Source: an uncultured delta proteobacterium (GTDB taxonomy: Bacteria; Desulfobacterota; Desulfobacteria; Desulfobacterales; JAHEIW01). From it: a stretch of 64,000 nt of DNA. How positions within the stretch are numbered: the stretch's first letter is position 1; every line of letters starts with the position of its first letter. This document shows positions 10,896-20,290 of this stretch, piece after piece. The translations under genes and the position numbers were made by a program. The notes beneath the pieces are model-generated. The model ran no database searches, was not told where the DNA came from, and worked only from the letters and a program-made list of their open reading frames with translations. The stretch is from NCBI GenBank assembly GCA_963706575.1, contig CAVPNL010000006.1, positions 800,001 to 864,000 on the forward strand, in the 5' to 3' direction.

Positions 10896-13800
10896 TCATT
10901 GCGAGTCAACCCCGGCAGCTTCCCGGACCTTTTCGACGGCCGCATCACAGGGGTTGGCGTCACCGGTGCCGGTGTCGCTTAAGGCAAAGATCAAGAAAAC
11001 GGGATTGATCAGTCCCGCAAGCAAGCTGGCACCTGCGCCCGCGGCGAGCCGACTTCCCTTGGGAATCCGGGTGACCGATACCTTGGGCTCGGATAGCGTG
11101 CCTCCAATTCGGACGGGATTGGCAAGACTGACCAGGCTCGCCCGCTTGGGCCTGGGCGCTATAAGCACATCGAGCGCTTCAGTTTCCAGGTTGAGTAATC
11201 CGCTGGCCGCAACCGTAACGCGCTGGGTGTCGAGCAGTAAATCCTCAATCTCCGCCTGCCCCTCTTTCAACTCGATGTGCGCTACCATACAATTCGTTTC
11301 GGTCACATCATCTCTTTGCCAGCTATTAGAGAGCATGGTGGGTATCAGGTCGGCCGCCCAGAGATCGATCTGCCGGCCCGTAATCTTTCCGGGTCCGCCA
11401 ATGATGGTGATGCGGCCGGCAGCATTCCCGAGAAAGCTGTAACGTGTGGCACCGGAGCCGGATAAATCGACAAGCAGATCGACTTGCCCCTCAACAAGGT
11501 CGGTCACGTCCATTCTGCTCAGCAAAAATCCGGAGTTAAGATCTTTGGCGTTGATATGGATCCGTTTCCGAGGTGGATCGGCCGCGGCGTCGACGTCAAA
11601 CTCGCTGATGATTTGCGCCCCCTTAAATCCTGTAATTCTGAGAGAAGACGTGAACCGGCCGTCTTTAAGACTGACTTTCGAGACGAATTCACCGAGATCT
11701 CCTAATGGAGCACGAATCCGATCGGCTTTGATATCCAGATCCAGGTCCGCCGCTAAAAGGATATCAACCGGAAGCGTGTAGTCAGGAATGACGCGGGGTT
11801 TTACCTGGGTTGCGCTGGCCGCTTTGTCCGCATCAAATAGATCCACGTCATCCATATGAATCTGGCTTGCCGATATACGACCCGTAATTTTATTGTGTGG
11901 CGGATCACGCAATACCGTTATATCCGCTTTAAGGTCACTCTTCCCGATGCGCAGATCCTCTTCAAATATGAATCGGTTGCCGCGACCCGTGATGCGGCCG
12001 CTGGCATGGAATTCGCCCCGCAGCGGCACTGCAAAATCAACCAGGCGGCCAAGCCTTTCGATTTCGGTGCCCGCCAGTTCATACTGAAGCTCAAACTCAT
12101 TATTTTCAAATGGCCTGGAAATGGTACCTTCGGCCTTAAACTGCAGATCTTCGGTCTGAAGCGTCCCCTGCACCGGCAGAGGGATATCGGCTTTCTGGAT
12201 TTCCATGAGATTTGCGGTGCTGATTTCCGCCTTAAAAGCAGCACCCTGCACCGTTCCGTTGAAAGCACCTGTTAACGGCTGGTCTTTGCGCGCGATGAGC
12301 TTTGCACTTTCGACCCGAATATCGACTGCCTGGTTGGCAATTTCAGCAGTATAGCTCAAATTGGCCGGTTTGATTTGCAAATTGAAGGCCGCTTTTTCGC
12401 CCAAGGCGCGCAGTGTCTTGCCGGTACTGCTGCCATCCAAATCAACCGCATCGGCCGTACCGGCAACGATATCAGAAATTTTCAGCTCCTTAAGGGTATG
12501 TCCGACATCAATGTTTCCGATCGTCATTTTGAGCGCAACGACAGGAACGTTTTTAGGCTGGTTCAACTGAACTTGACCGTCCAGGGGTGCGCCCGCCAGG
12601 CTTGCACGAAAGGGAGCACTCAGTTCGCCGTTTGCCAGCGTCACTATAGATCTGATATCCGCGACGGGAATTGGACTGTCCGCCACACGTTTCACCGTAA
12701 AGTCTAGCATAGCGTCAAAGTCCTTTAAACTGTCAAGCTTAATTGGACGATCCAGCAGCCCGGCCTCCCAGGTTTTAGACGAAGGTTTTGATGCTGTATC
12801 CAAAAGCTGGCCTAGCGTTAGGTGGTCTGAAAACAGTTTACCCTTCAGAAAGGGCCGCGGTGCTTTGTCCTCCCAGCGAACATTGCCGGTTAAGCGGTTA
12901 TCTCCCATCTGAATCTTAAGGTTATTGGCTTCGTGCACAGTACCATCGCTGCTGATGTCAGCACTCAGATTGAATTTGCCAATTGCCGGAAAAGAGCTGC
13001 CAATCGGGGGTCCCAGGGATTCAAAGCGGTTGCCTTTAATTTGTGTTGCGAGCTGCAACACCGTCCGCTTCTCGTTGGTGACGACGGACCCCTCGCCTGT
13101 CAATTTTGCCCCGGATGCTGATGCCTCGAGCTTAAGCGGCCAGGTCGCCGCACCGGATTTGCCGGAGGCTGCGGGGTCGCCCTGAAAAGACAGCGATAAG
13201 GGGACGTTGTCGAGCTCAGCGTTTATTGACGCTTTGACCGATCCTTTGTCATGCGCGGAGCCGTTGCCTTCAACAATTCGAAGCGTTTTCCAAGGCCCGG
13301 CATTTTCTATGGTGCCTTTAAGTTCGGTGAGCGTGTAACTTGCCTTTGCAACTTGTGTATGAAATGAGAACTGATAGGGTCCGGTCTTCGGGAGGTCGGT
13401 GTCCATAAGCTGGGCCAGCGTGTTAAGGGTTTCGCCCTGGAGTTGGGCGTCGAACTCAAAACCCTCAGCGACAGTCGCCGGGATCATCTCACCATCAATC
13501 TTCAGTTTCATGTCCGCAAGATTCAGCTGGGCCTCAATGGGCCAGGGCGTGGTCTGAGAGATGCCCTCTAACGGTTGCGCCGACGCGAATCTGAACGAAA
13601 GGGACGCATCGCCCAACCGACCCTGCAACGCTATCTGGAGTGGTTCGTCCAGCCCGCCGGACGCCTCTCCCTGTGAGATTTTGATCGCAGGTGTTTCCGG
13701 CGGCCCGTGGACCAGGGCGGCAATGTCCTTCGCGCTGAATAACCCATCTTTTGCGTTCACGTTTGCTGATAATTCAAAAGGACCGATGGTTGGAAATTCA

Positions 13801-14573
13801 ATGTCAAATAGTGTTTCGAGAGAATCCGCCTGGCTGCCGCTGAGCTTGATGCGGTAATCGCCCCGCTCCCATTTGAATGCTTCATCCATCCTCCCGGCAA
13901 GGGTCAGCGACATATCCGCTCCCTTGATGTCCAGCTCCAGGGACCAGGGATTTTGCGGGCCGGATAATTCCGCTGCACTTTCGGCGGCGAGCCGGATGGT
14001 GAAGGCTTTTCCTTTTGCCGTACCCCGGCCCTCAATCCGCTCCGGTTCCCCGGGGATGTTCCAGAGCCGGGCCTCGTTTATCTCGAAGCGATTGCTGTTG
14101 CCATCCACCGATCTATAATTAATGGTGGTTTCTTTGACCAAAAGTCGCTCAATGGGCGGAAGCACCCCGGGTGTTTCGCTGTCACCGAAAGTGTAATTGT
14201 TGGCACCGCCGGGACCTTCCTCAATGAGCAGGTTTAGACCGCTAAACGCAACGTCCAGAATCCTCAAATTGCCGCGCAGCAGCGGAAAAAGCGCCACCTG
14301 AAGACTGACTTTTTCAGCGGTGGCAAAATGCGCACCTGCGGCCCAATCCGGATTGCCGATGGTAATATCTTCGAGGATGATTCGCGGGCGCAGGGATCTT
14401 TCCAGACGGATGGGACCGTCGATCTGGACCTGCCGCCCGAAGGCGGCACTGGCCCGGGTTTCCAGTTGATTTCGATAAATAGAAGGATCCACAAAAACCA
14501 AAGCGGCAATCGCCGCAACGGCGAGCAGCACTAGCCCGATAAAGATAAAAAAAAAGATTTTATAGCTGCGCAT
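10896..14573 (-). CDS. AsmA-like family protein (1225 aa)
   Basis: N-terminal TM anchor, AsmA_N pattern (ASAAFGRQVQIDG, IGNPDWA, NNYTFG), repeated beta segments and a C-terminal LANPVRIGGTLSEP. Confidence 0.85.
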   Translation of the reverse strand: MRSYKIFFFIFIGLVLLAVAAIAALVFVDPSIYRNQLETRASAAFGRQVQIDGPIRLERSLRPRIILEDITIGNPDWAAGAHFATAEKVSLQVALFPLLRGNLRILDVAFSGLNLLIEEGPGGANNYTFGDSETPGVLPPIERLLVKETTINYRSVDGNSNRFEINEARLWNIPGEPERIEGRGTAKGKAFTIRLAAESAAELSGPQNPWSLELDIKGADMSLTLAGRMDEAFKWERGDYRIKLSGSQADSLETLFDIEFPTIGPFELSANVNAKDGLFSAKDIAALVHGPPETPAIKISQGEASGGLDEPLQIALQGRLGDASLSFRFASAQPLEGISQTTPWPIEAQLNLADMKLKIDGEMIPATVAEGFEFDAQLQGETLNTLAQLMDTDLPKTGPYQFSFHTQVAKASYTLTELKGTIENAGPWKTLRIVEGNGSAHDKGSVKASINAELDNVPLSLSFQGDPAASGKSGAATWPLKLEASASGAKLTGEGSVVTNEKRTVLQLATQIKGNRFESLGPPIGSSFPAIGKFNLSADISSDGTVHEANNLKIQMGDNRLTGNVRWEDKAPRPFLKGKLFSDHLTLGQLLDTASKPSSKTWEAGLLDRPIKLDSLKDFDAMLDFTVKRVADSPIPVADIRSIVTLANGELSAPFRASLAGAPLDGQVQLNQPKNVPVVALKMTIGNIDVGHTLKELKISDIVAGTADAVDLDGSSTGKTLRALGEKAAFNLQIKPANLSYTAEIANQAVDIRVESAKLIARKDQPLTGAFNGTVQGAAFKAEISTANLMEIQKADIPLPVQGTLQTEDLQFKAEGTISRPFENNEFELQYELAGTEIERLGRLVDFAVPLRGEFHASGRITGRGNRFIFEEDLRIGKSDLKADITVLRDPPHNKITGRISASQIHMDDVDLFDADKAASATQVKPRVIPDYTLPVDILLAADLDLDIKADRIRAPLGDLGEFVSKVSLKDGRFTSSLRITGFKGAQIISEFDVDAAADPPRKRIHINAKDLNSGFLLSRMDVTDLVEGQVDLLVDLSGSGATRYSFLGNAAGRITIIGGPGKITGRQIDLWAADLIPTMLSNSWQRDDVTETNCMVAHIELKEGQAEIEDLLLDTQRVTVAASGLLNLETEALDVLIAPRPKRASLVSLANPVRIGGTLSEPKVSVTRIPKGSRLAAGAGASLLAGLINPVFLIFALSDTGTGDANPCDAAVEKVREAAGVDSQ

Positions 14574-14658
14574 TATTTAATGTCTATTCTGTGGACAGTT
14601 GATATGGATCAGAACTTGCTTTTCCGGCTGTTTAAATTAGAATGCATTTTTTTAAAAA

Positions 14659-14898
14659 TCAAACGAATAAGGCCTCTTTCTTCGCCCGAGACCAACGTTT
14701 AACCTGTGCTTCTCGTTGCCTCTCCTCAGAAAAAGAATCGTGTTCTTCAGAGTAGAAGAGTGAAAGGGGAGGGTTTAAGGAGGTGGTTCTGCCTGCGGAA
14801 CCAGCACGATGCGCTGCATAGCGTTTTTCTAGATTTTTTGTCGCACCAATATATAGAGTACCGGATTGAAGTCTCAGAATATAAAACCAGGCGGTCAT
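14659..14898 (-). pseudogene. Small GIY-YIG nuclease (YhbQ/UPF0213-like), C-terminally truncated copy
   Basis: FYILRL..LYIGAT..KRY..H..E.QVKRWSRAKKEAL; 65/77 aa identical to 19603-19887 but lacks that copy's C-terminal helix. Confidence 0.8.
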
Positions 14899-14949
14899 AG
14901 ATTAGCTAAACAAAAAGCAATGGATTCAAAGCCATTCGAACCTCAGATA

Positions 14950-15100
14950 GGCCCTTCGACAAGCTCAGGGCCATTTCTCCGCTTTCATAAACAATCAGTA
15001 ATCTCACCGTGGCCGAAGGCCTTGAGCAAGAAAAGGGCATACATTGGTGTAGGCCCTTTTGGCGTCGAAATGGCTGGCCGAACCAGTCGATACACGAACC
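14950..15100 (-). repeat. Degenerate tRNA 3'-end (att-like scar) plus structured trailer, copy 1
   Basis: GCGTCGAAATGGCTG at 15062-15076 is identical to 20064-20078 and is followed by a degenerate acceptor/T-arm-like stretch. The CTTCGAC.AGCTCAGGGCC / GGCCTTGAGC arms are shared with 19945-20076. Confidence 0.65.
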
Positions 15101-15369
15101 CTGAAGCCATTATTGAAATCCCCTTTGATCCTGTCTTGTACCTTAAAATCATAACTGAACGTCGTGCTTATATTTCTTTTGATAATTATTTTGAGAAGGC
15201 CAAGTTGTATCAGAATTTGTTGGAATCTGGCAAGGTTAAAAACTTAGGTGAACTTGCACGAATGAAAAAGGTCTCTAAAGCGAGGATTTTTAAAATCTTA
15301 GACCACTATGATAATAAAGTTAAATCAGAATTGAACAAAGATAAAAATTCGAATAGGGCAGGTTTTTAA
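15070..15369 (+). CDS. Hypothetical helix-turn-helix protein, possibly a fragment
   Basis: LLESGKVKNLGELARMKKVSKARIFKIL is HTH-like; the ATG lies inside the tRNA-like scar. Confidence 0.4.
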   Translation: MAGRTSRYTNPEAIIEIPFDPVLYLKIITERRAYISFDNYFEKAKLYQNLLESGKVKNLGELARMKKVSKARIFKILDHYDNKVKSELNKDKNSNRAGF

Positions 15370-15702
15370 TACTGGTAAATCTACAAAATCCCAAAATTTC
15401 ATATTGCGTCAGCACATCCTAAAAATATTCGTCCCTTCAAAATTTCAACATCAGGCACGAAACCCAAACTTTTAGGCAAGCGAAATTTGATTGCCTTTCC
15501 TGATGTAATATCCAGTCAGACTCCTCTGCGGTCTACAGTTCACCGGTGATGCTTGAATTTACCGAAATTTGAATTCCTGGTTGATTGCACATTTTGTTTC
15601 GAGTGTCCGGATATTGTATGAAATATTCTCGTTTAATTTGATATTTGGACATCTCTCAATGTATAAATGTTTCAATAAAATTAGAAATTAGGTGGTGATT
15701 TA

Positions 15703-16197
15703 ATGAAAAAAGAATTTGGATCAAATTATGCGTCGATTTCTGATGTAAATTTTAAAGCCAAATACCGGGCAAGTTGTTACTGCAATGCGGTACAATACGA
15801 AGTATGCTCGGATCCTGTAGATGCAAAAATATGTCATTGCTTGGCATGTCAAAAACTGCATGGGGCTCCTATGCAATGGGCAGCTATATTTCATAAACAT
15901 GATGTCAGAATTACGGAAGGCATTGATCATCTTAACTTTTACAACAATGAACTCAACAAACACGAGAGAATTCTTCCTTGCAAAGTCAGTTGTGCTTTGT
16001 GTGGCACCCTTATTGCCGATGAAGGACGCAATATGTGGCTTGCGTTTCCATCACTTTTTAATTTTGGGGGTGTAGCAAAGGTTCCGACGAAATTCAAACC
16101 AACGTGCCATATTTTCTATGGTATGCGAGTTATTGATATAAATGATGATCTGCCTAAGTGGTTAGGTCACAAAAATCAAAGCCCAAAATTCGATTAA
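15703..16197 (+). CDS. GFA / CENP-V family Zn-binding protein
   Basis: CYC, CHCLACQKLHG, CALCGT and PTCHIFY. Confidence 0.9.
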   Translation: MKKEFGSNYASISDVNFKAKYRASCYCNAVQYEVCSDPVDAKICHCLACQKLHGAPMQWAAIFHKHDVRITEGIDHLNFYNNELNKHERILPCKVSCALCGTLIADEGRNMWLAFPSLFNFGGVAKVPTKFKPTCHIFYGMRVIDINDDLPKWLGHKNQSPKFD

Positions 16198-16304
16198 TGG
16201 GGGTGTGAAATCATCTATCCGACACCTTTGATTCTGAAGTTAAAAAAACTATCATTGGCATGATTTATTTCGTGATAGGGACTAATAATTTAATGGGGGC
16301 CATT

Positions 16305-16682
16305 ATGGATTACGCTTTCGATAAACTAACAGGAAGGCTCATCATCCATGTCGATGGGTCTGATAGTCTCAGAAATAGAACAGTTAAATATCAAAAGGCT
16401 TTTGAATCCGAAAGGTGGTGGCCTGGGAGTGATGTATTGTTTTTTGTAAGTGATACCTATTCACCACCGGCGTTGCAGGAAATTGATGATTTGTACAAAC
16501 TATTTGATAGACACAGTGTTCGCAAGGTTGCTATTATGTCCGGAGATGTCTTAGCAAAAGCGACGGCTGATACCGCAAAGCGAATTGCGAAAATGTACCG
16601 AATCCCCTTAAAATACTTTACTGATTTGCAAGAGATGTTTGATTGGATTAACGATGATATCAGAATGGGCCATCAGGTATGA
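16305..16682 (+). CDS. Hypothetical protein, possibly STAS/SEC14 (SpoIIAA-like) fold
   Basis: 125 aa; RKVAIM and C-terminal KYFTDLQEMFDWI resemble the family's 'F.d.eeA..Wl' ending. Confidence 0.45.
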   Translation: MDYAFDKLTGRLIIHVDGSDSLRNRTVKYQKAFESERWWPGSDVLFFVSDTYSPPALQEIDDLYKLFDRHSVRKVAIMSGDVLAKATADTAKRIAKMYRIPLKYFTDLQEMFDWINDDIRMGHQV

Positions 16683-16889
16683 AAGACAGAGATACGATAG
16701 AAAAGGGGAGCATCTCTGCTGAATGTAAAAGAGGAGTTCAAGATCTATTCTGAAAATCTTAGGATTGGCAAATGAAATGCACAATAAATTGAAGGGAATT
16801 CTAAAGATTCGATACAGGCACGAAAGATAAAACCAGACAGATTGCAAAATGTTGCAGAATTGCATATGCAATATGCAAATCTATAACTG

Positions 16890-17133
16890 ATGGACTATGG
16901 TAAATTGTAATGCTCACATGGAGCGTTTCTTTGGTAGTTTGAAGTCAGAGCGTTTGGTATCCTGTCGCTTTGCAACTCGCCAAACAACAAAAATCAAGAT
17001 ACTTGAATACATCATTGATTTCAACTTTGCTCGTCTTCATTCGGCGCTGGGATATAAAAGCTCAAGGCAATATGAAAAATAACAATTTTTGAACGTAGCT
17101 TATGGACGTATCCATTTTTACTTGACCATTACA
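16890..17133 (+). mobile_element. IS3-family remnant: transposase C-terminus plus right end
   Basis: NCNAHMERFFGSLKSE...YI.DFN.RLHSALGYKS is the IS3 integrase-core tail; ends in TATCCATTTTTACTTGACCATTACA, an IS3-like IR finishing in CA. Confidence 0.85.
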
Positions 17134-17489
17134 TTGTGTTCTGTTCCAGTTAGTCTTGGCCATAAAAGATGATTAAACATCCACTTTTAGGTTTATTTGT
17201 ACACCCTTCCTGCGCCAGTAACGGTTAACAAAGATCCCTGCCCTTGGCTTAAAGGGTTTAGCCTATTTATCTTCATTGCTTACGTTTAATGTGTTCTCGT
17301 CAATTACAACTTATATTTAACTGTAAGAATTTATTCGCCTGTACGACAAACTAAAAGATGAAACTAATTTAGAATATAATACGTAATGCAAGCACATGTA
17401 GCGTTGTATACTTGCAAGCGGCAATTTTTTTATTTAGCAACGACAATTCAAATTAGCAGAATCAAAAAAGTACAATATAATAATAATTT

Positions 17490-19043
17490 GTGACGATTAT
17501 GGACTATAATAAATCAATCCCAATTTCGGATCATGTTTTTTGGGTCGGCACATTTGATACACAGGATAATTTTCAGTGCAACACTTATCTGATTATCGTC
17601 GATGGGAAAGGAGTAATTATTGATCCCGGTTCGGTGCTTTATTTTGATTCATTAATGAAAAAAATTTCAGAGCGAATCGAATTGAAAAATATTTCCCATA
17701 TCATTCTTCAACACCAGGATCCGGATGTATGCGGCAACATTGCGATGTTGGTTGACGCCATTGTGGCTGCCGGCAACAAAAGTTTTAAGATACTAACCCA
17801 TTCAAGAACCTCCGCACTGGTGCGCCATTATGGGGCCAATATGAACTTTGAATTTACCAATAAGATTCCGGAGGAGAAAATATTCTTAGGTCTTGACCAT
17901 GAACTGGAGTTTATTCATACGCCTTATTTACATGCGCCAGGTGCCATTGCTACCTATTTTAATACCGATAAAATCCTTTTCTCCAGCGATATTTTCGGCG
18001 GGATGACGGATAAATGGAATCTTTTTGCCGGAGAGACGTATTTTGACGATATCTCAACCTTTCATAAAGAGTATATGCCTGCCAAGGAATTGCTTTTTTT
18101 TGCTATGACCAAGTTTGAACGCTACGATATTAATAAAATCGCCCCTCAACATGGCTCTGTCATTAACAAAGAACAAGCCAAAACTTTGATTGAGACTTTT
18201 AAAGATTTCGAATGCGGATTATTTATAGATAAGGCTTTCCGGGAAGAACTTCAGGAGGCCCGCAAAAAGATCGAGGAACAAAACCAGATTATGAGTAAGG
18301 ATTTATCCATGGCGGGCCATTTCCAGCAGACATTGCTTCCGGACAAAAAAAAGATAGCCTGGAAAAACGGCGTGGATTTAGCGTATTATTATAAACCCTA
18401 CAGCCAGGTTTCAGGCGACTTTCTCATCATCGATAAAATTGATGCGCACCATCTGGGGATTATGGTGGTGGATGTAGTCGATCACGGTGTAATGTCCGGT
18501 CTGGCAACTATCCAAATCAAAACCCTTTTTGATGAGTACAAAAGTACTACTCTAAACCCGGCCGATGTGCTGAGAACAATAAATGATAAAGCCTTTAGTA
18601 TCGCTGAAAATGATATTTTTTTTACCGCCTTTTATGCGATATATGATCTTGAGAATTCAAAGATTGAACTTGCTTCTGCAGGGGGCATTCCAGCAATATA
18701 TTTTAACGCCGCCAGAAATGAAAAGGAGCTTATTTCTTTAGCCGGCACTTCTTTAGGAGTGACAAGAGGTGATGATTGCCGCATCGATATAAAAAGCTTG
18801 TCAGTCAGTCAAGGCGACATATTAATTCTGCAAACAGACGGTTTAATGGATTCGACCAATGAAAGCAATATTCCCTTTGATCATGCGAGATCCCAAAAGA
18901 AATTTATGGCTGAAATCAAAAAAGAAAGAAGTGCCCAACAGATTCTTGATGCCGTCATAGAAAAAGCTGAAATTCATAAAGGCCTGGATAAATCTTTTGA
19001 TGATGATGTCACTATTGCCATATTAAAAATAGCCAAAGATTAA
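17490..19043 (+). CDS. ODP/FprA-like metallo-beta-lactamase di-iron domain fused via a coiled coil to a SpoIIE/RsbU-type PP2C phosphatase
   Basis: N-terminal: CNTYL, IIDPG, QHQDPD, YLHAPG, FSSDIFGG, APQHG. C-terminal: QQTLLP, VSGDF, DVVDHG, FFTAFY, QTDGL, DDVT. Confidence 0.88.
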   Translation: MTIMDYNKSIPISDHVFWVGTFDTQDNFQCNTYLIIVDGKGVIIDPGSVLYFDSLMKKISERIELKNISHIILQHQDPDVCGNIAMLVDAIVAAGNKSFKILTHSRTSALVRHYGANMNFEFTNKIPEEKIFLGLDHELEFIHTPYLHAPGAIATYFNTDKILFSSDIFGGMTDKWNLFAGETYFDDISTFHKEYMPAKELLFFAMTKFERYDINKIAPQHGSVINKEQAKTLIETFKDFECGLFIDKAFREELQEARKKIEEQNQIMSKDLSMAGHFQQTLLPDKKKIAWKNGVDLAYYYKPYSQVSGDFLIIDKIDAHHLGIMVVDVVDHGVMSGLATIQIKTLFDEYKSTTLNPADVLRTINDKAFSIAENDIFFTAFYAIYDLENSKIELASAGGIPAIYFNAARNEKELISLAGTSLGVTRGDDCRIDIKSLSVSQGDILILQTDGLMDSTNESNIPFDHARSQKKFMAEIKKERSAQQILDAVIEKAEIHKGLDKSFDDDVTIAILKIAKD

Positions 19044-19391
19044 TTTGTCTCTCTAATTTCAGCAAATTTAAGTTTATCGCTATAACTGGGCCAATACGAT
19101 ACGGAGAATCTGGATCTAATTAAACTTTACATCCTCTGCGAAACCAATTCCCTTGATCCCCCCTCTTTGGTATCAATGACATATCTGCAATCCCATTGTT
19201 TGAAATTCCCCAGCCAACAGTTTTTTCAGAAAATTTTATATTAGGTATACAAATCCTAAAAACATCGAAAGATGCGATTACGGCTGATGAACCCATCATC
19301 ACAATAATTTGCACCTTATATCAGACCGTCTAAAAGGATGGTCCATTATATTTTTCTTTATTTATCTGAGCTAAAAAGAAAGGAGTTTATA

Positions 19392-19565
19392 ATGGGTCGT
19401 CGTTGTAAGTTGGATGGTTTGGAGGTGACCGTTGAAGAAGGTGATATGCTGCCTTATCATGAGCTTTTTGCATTGAAGGCGATAATTAAGAAGGTAGCTT
19501 TGCGAATGATGAAAGAAATGGAAGAACAGTTCGAATCTGAAAAAGCTATCATTGAGGCTACTTAA
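19392..19565 (+). CDS. Small hypothetical protein (57 aa)
   Basis: AGGAG RBS upstream of the ATG; helical C-terminus; no recognised motif. Confidence 0.45.
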   Translation: MGRRCKLDGLEVTVEEGDMLPYHELFALKAIIKKVALRMMKEMEEQFESEKAIIEAT

Positions 19566-19602
19566 CAAAGAGTCGAACCGTCCTTACGAACTCACACAAA
19601 TT

Positions 19603-19887
19603 CTAATTTTTCTGGGATTTTGAGAGCGCTCGCAATTTATCCTTATCTCCAGCCACTAAAGCTTCTTTTTTAGCGCGAGACCAACGCTTAACCTGTGCTT
19701 CTCGTTGCCGAGCTTTAGAAAAAGATTCTTGTTCCTCAGAATAGACGAGCGAAACGGGAGGGTCTATGGCGGTTGTTCTGCCGGCGGAACCGGCACAATG
19801 CTCTGCATAGCGTTTTTCTAAATTTTTTGTTGCGCCAATATATAGAGAACCGGATTGAAGTCGCAGAATGTAAAACCAGGCGGTCAT
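19603..19887 (-). CDS. Small GIY-YIG nuclease (YhbQ/UPF0213-like)
   Basis: WFYILRLQSGSLYIGATKNLEKRYAEH and ARQREAQVKRWSRAKKEAL. Confidence 0.9.
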   Translation of the reverse strand: MTAWFYILRLQSGSLYIGATKNLEKRYAEHCAGSAGRTTAIDPPVSLVYSEEQESFSKARQREAQVKRWSRAKKEALVAGDKDKLRALSKSQKN

Positions 19888-19944
19888 TTAATAAATGAGA
19901 AAATTCAGGTAATGGACAGATAAGAAGTTATTGAAATATTGAAG

Positions 19945-20076
19945 GGCCTTTCGACAGGCTCAAGGCCATTTCGACGCGCTCATATGATTATTGAGTATTT
20001 AACCCTGGCCAAAGGCCTTGAGCAAGTGAAGGGAGCACCCACTTTGTGGCGTACCCCCTGAGCGCGTCGAAATGGC
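19945..20076 (-). repeat. Structured tRNA trailer, copy 2
   Basis: Perfect 18-bp inverted repeat 19965-19982 / 20059-20076, plus a 10-bp pair 19958-19967 / 20014-20023. Confidence 0.75.
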
Positions 20077-20146
20077 TGAGGGACCAGGATTCGAACCTGG
20101 GTTAACGGGGCCAGAACCCGTCGTCCTGCCGCTAGACGATCCCTCA
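20073..20146 (-). tRNA. tRNA-Gln (anticodon CTG)
   Basis: Minus strand: acceptor stem TGAGGGA...TCCCTCA-G-CCA, anticodon arm ACGGG-TTCTGGC-CCCGT and T-arm CCAGG-TTCGAAT-CCTGG. Confidence 0.96.
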
Positions 20147-20209
20147 GCGTGTTGTAATTATAACAAAATATATAAGATTCGCATACTCGTCAAGTCAATT
20201 TTTTACATG

Positions 20210-20289
20210 AGGTTCAGGGTTCAGAGGTTCTGGGTTAAAACAACCTTGAACGCTGAACCTGGAACCTTTGAACCCGGTGACTGACACCT
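20210..20289. repeat. Heptamer-periodic inverted repeat (GGTTCAG / CTGAACC)
   Basis: ggttcagggttcagaggttctgggtt ... ttgaacgctgaacctggaacctttgaacc. Confidence 0.7.
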
Positions 20290-20290
20290 T

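Noticed and set aside
20072..20284. 70-aa ORF MAEGPGFEPG...
   Set aside because: It is the antisense shadow of tRNA-Gln plus a heptamer repeat.
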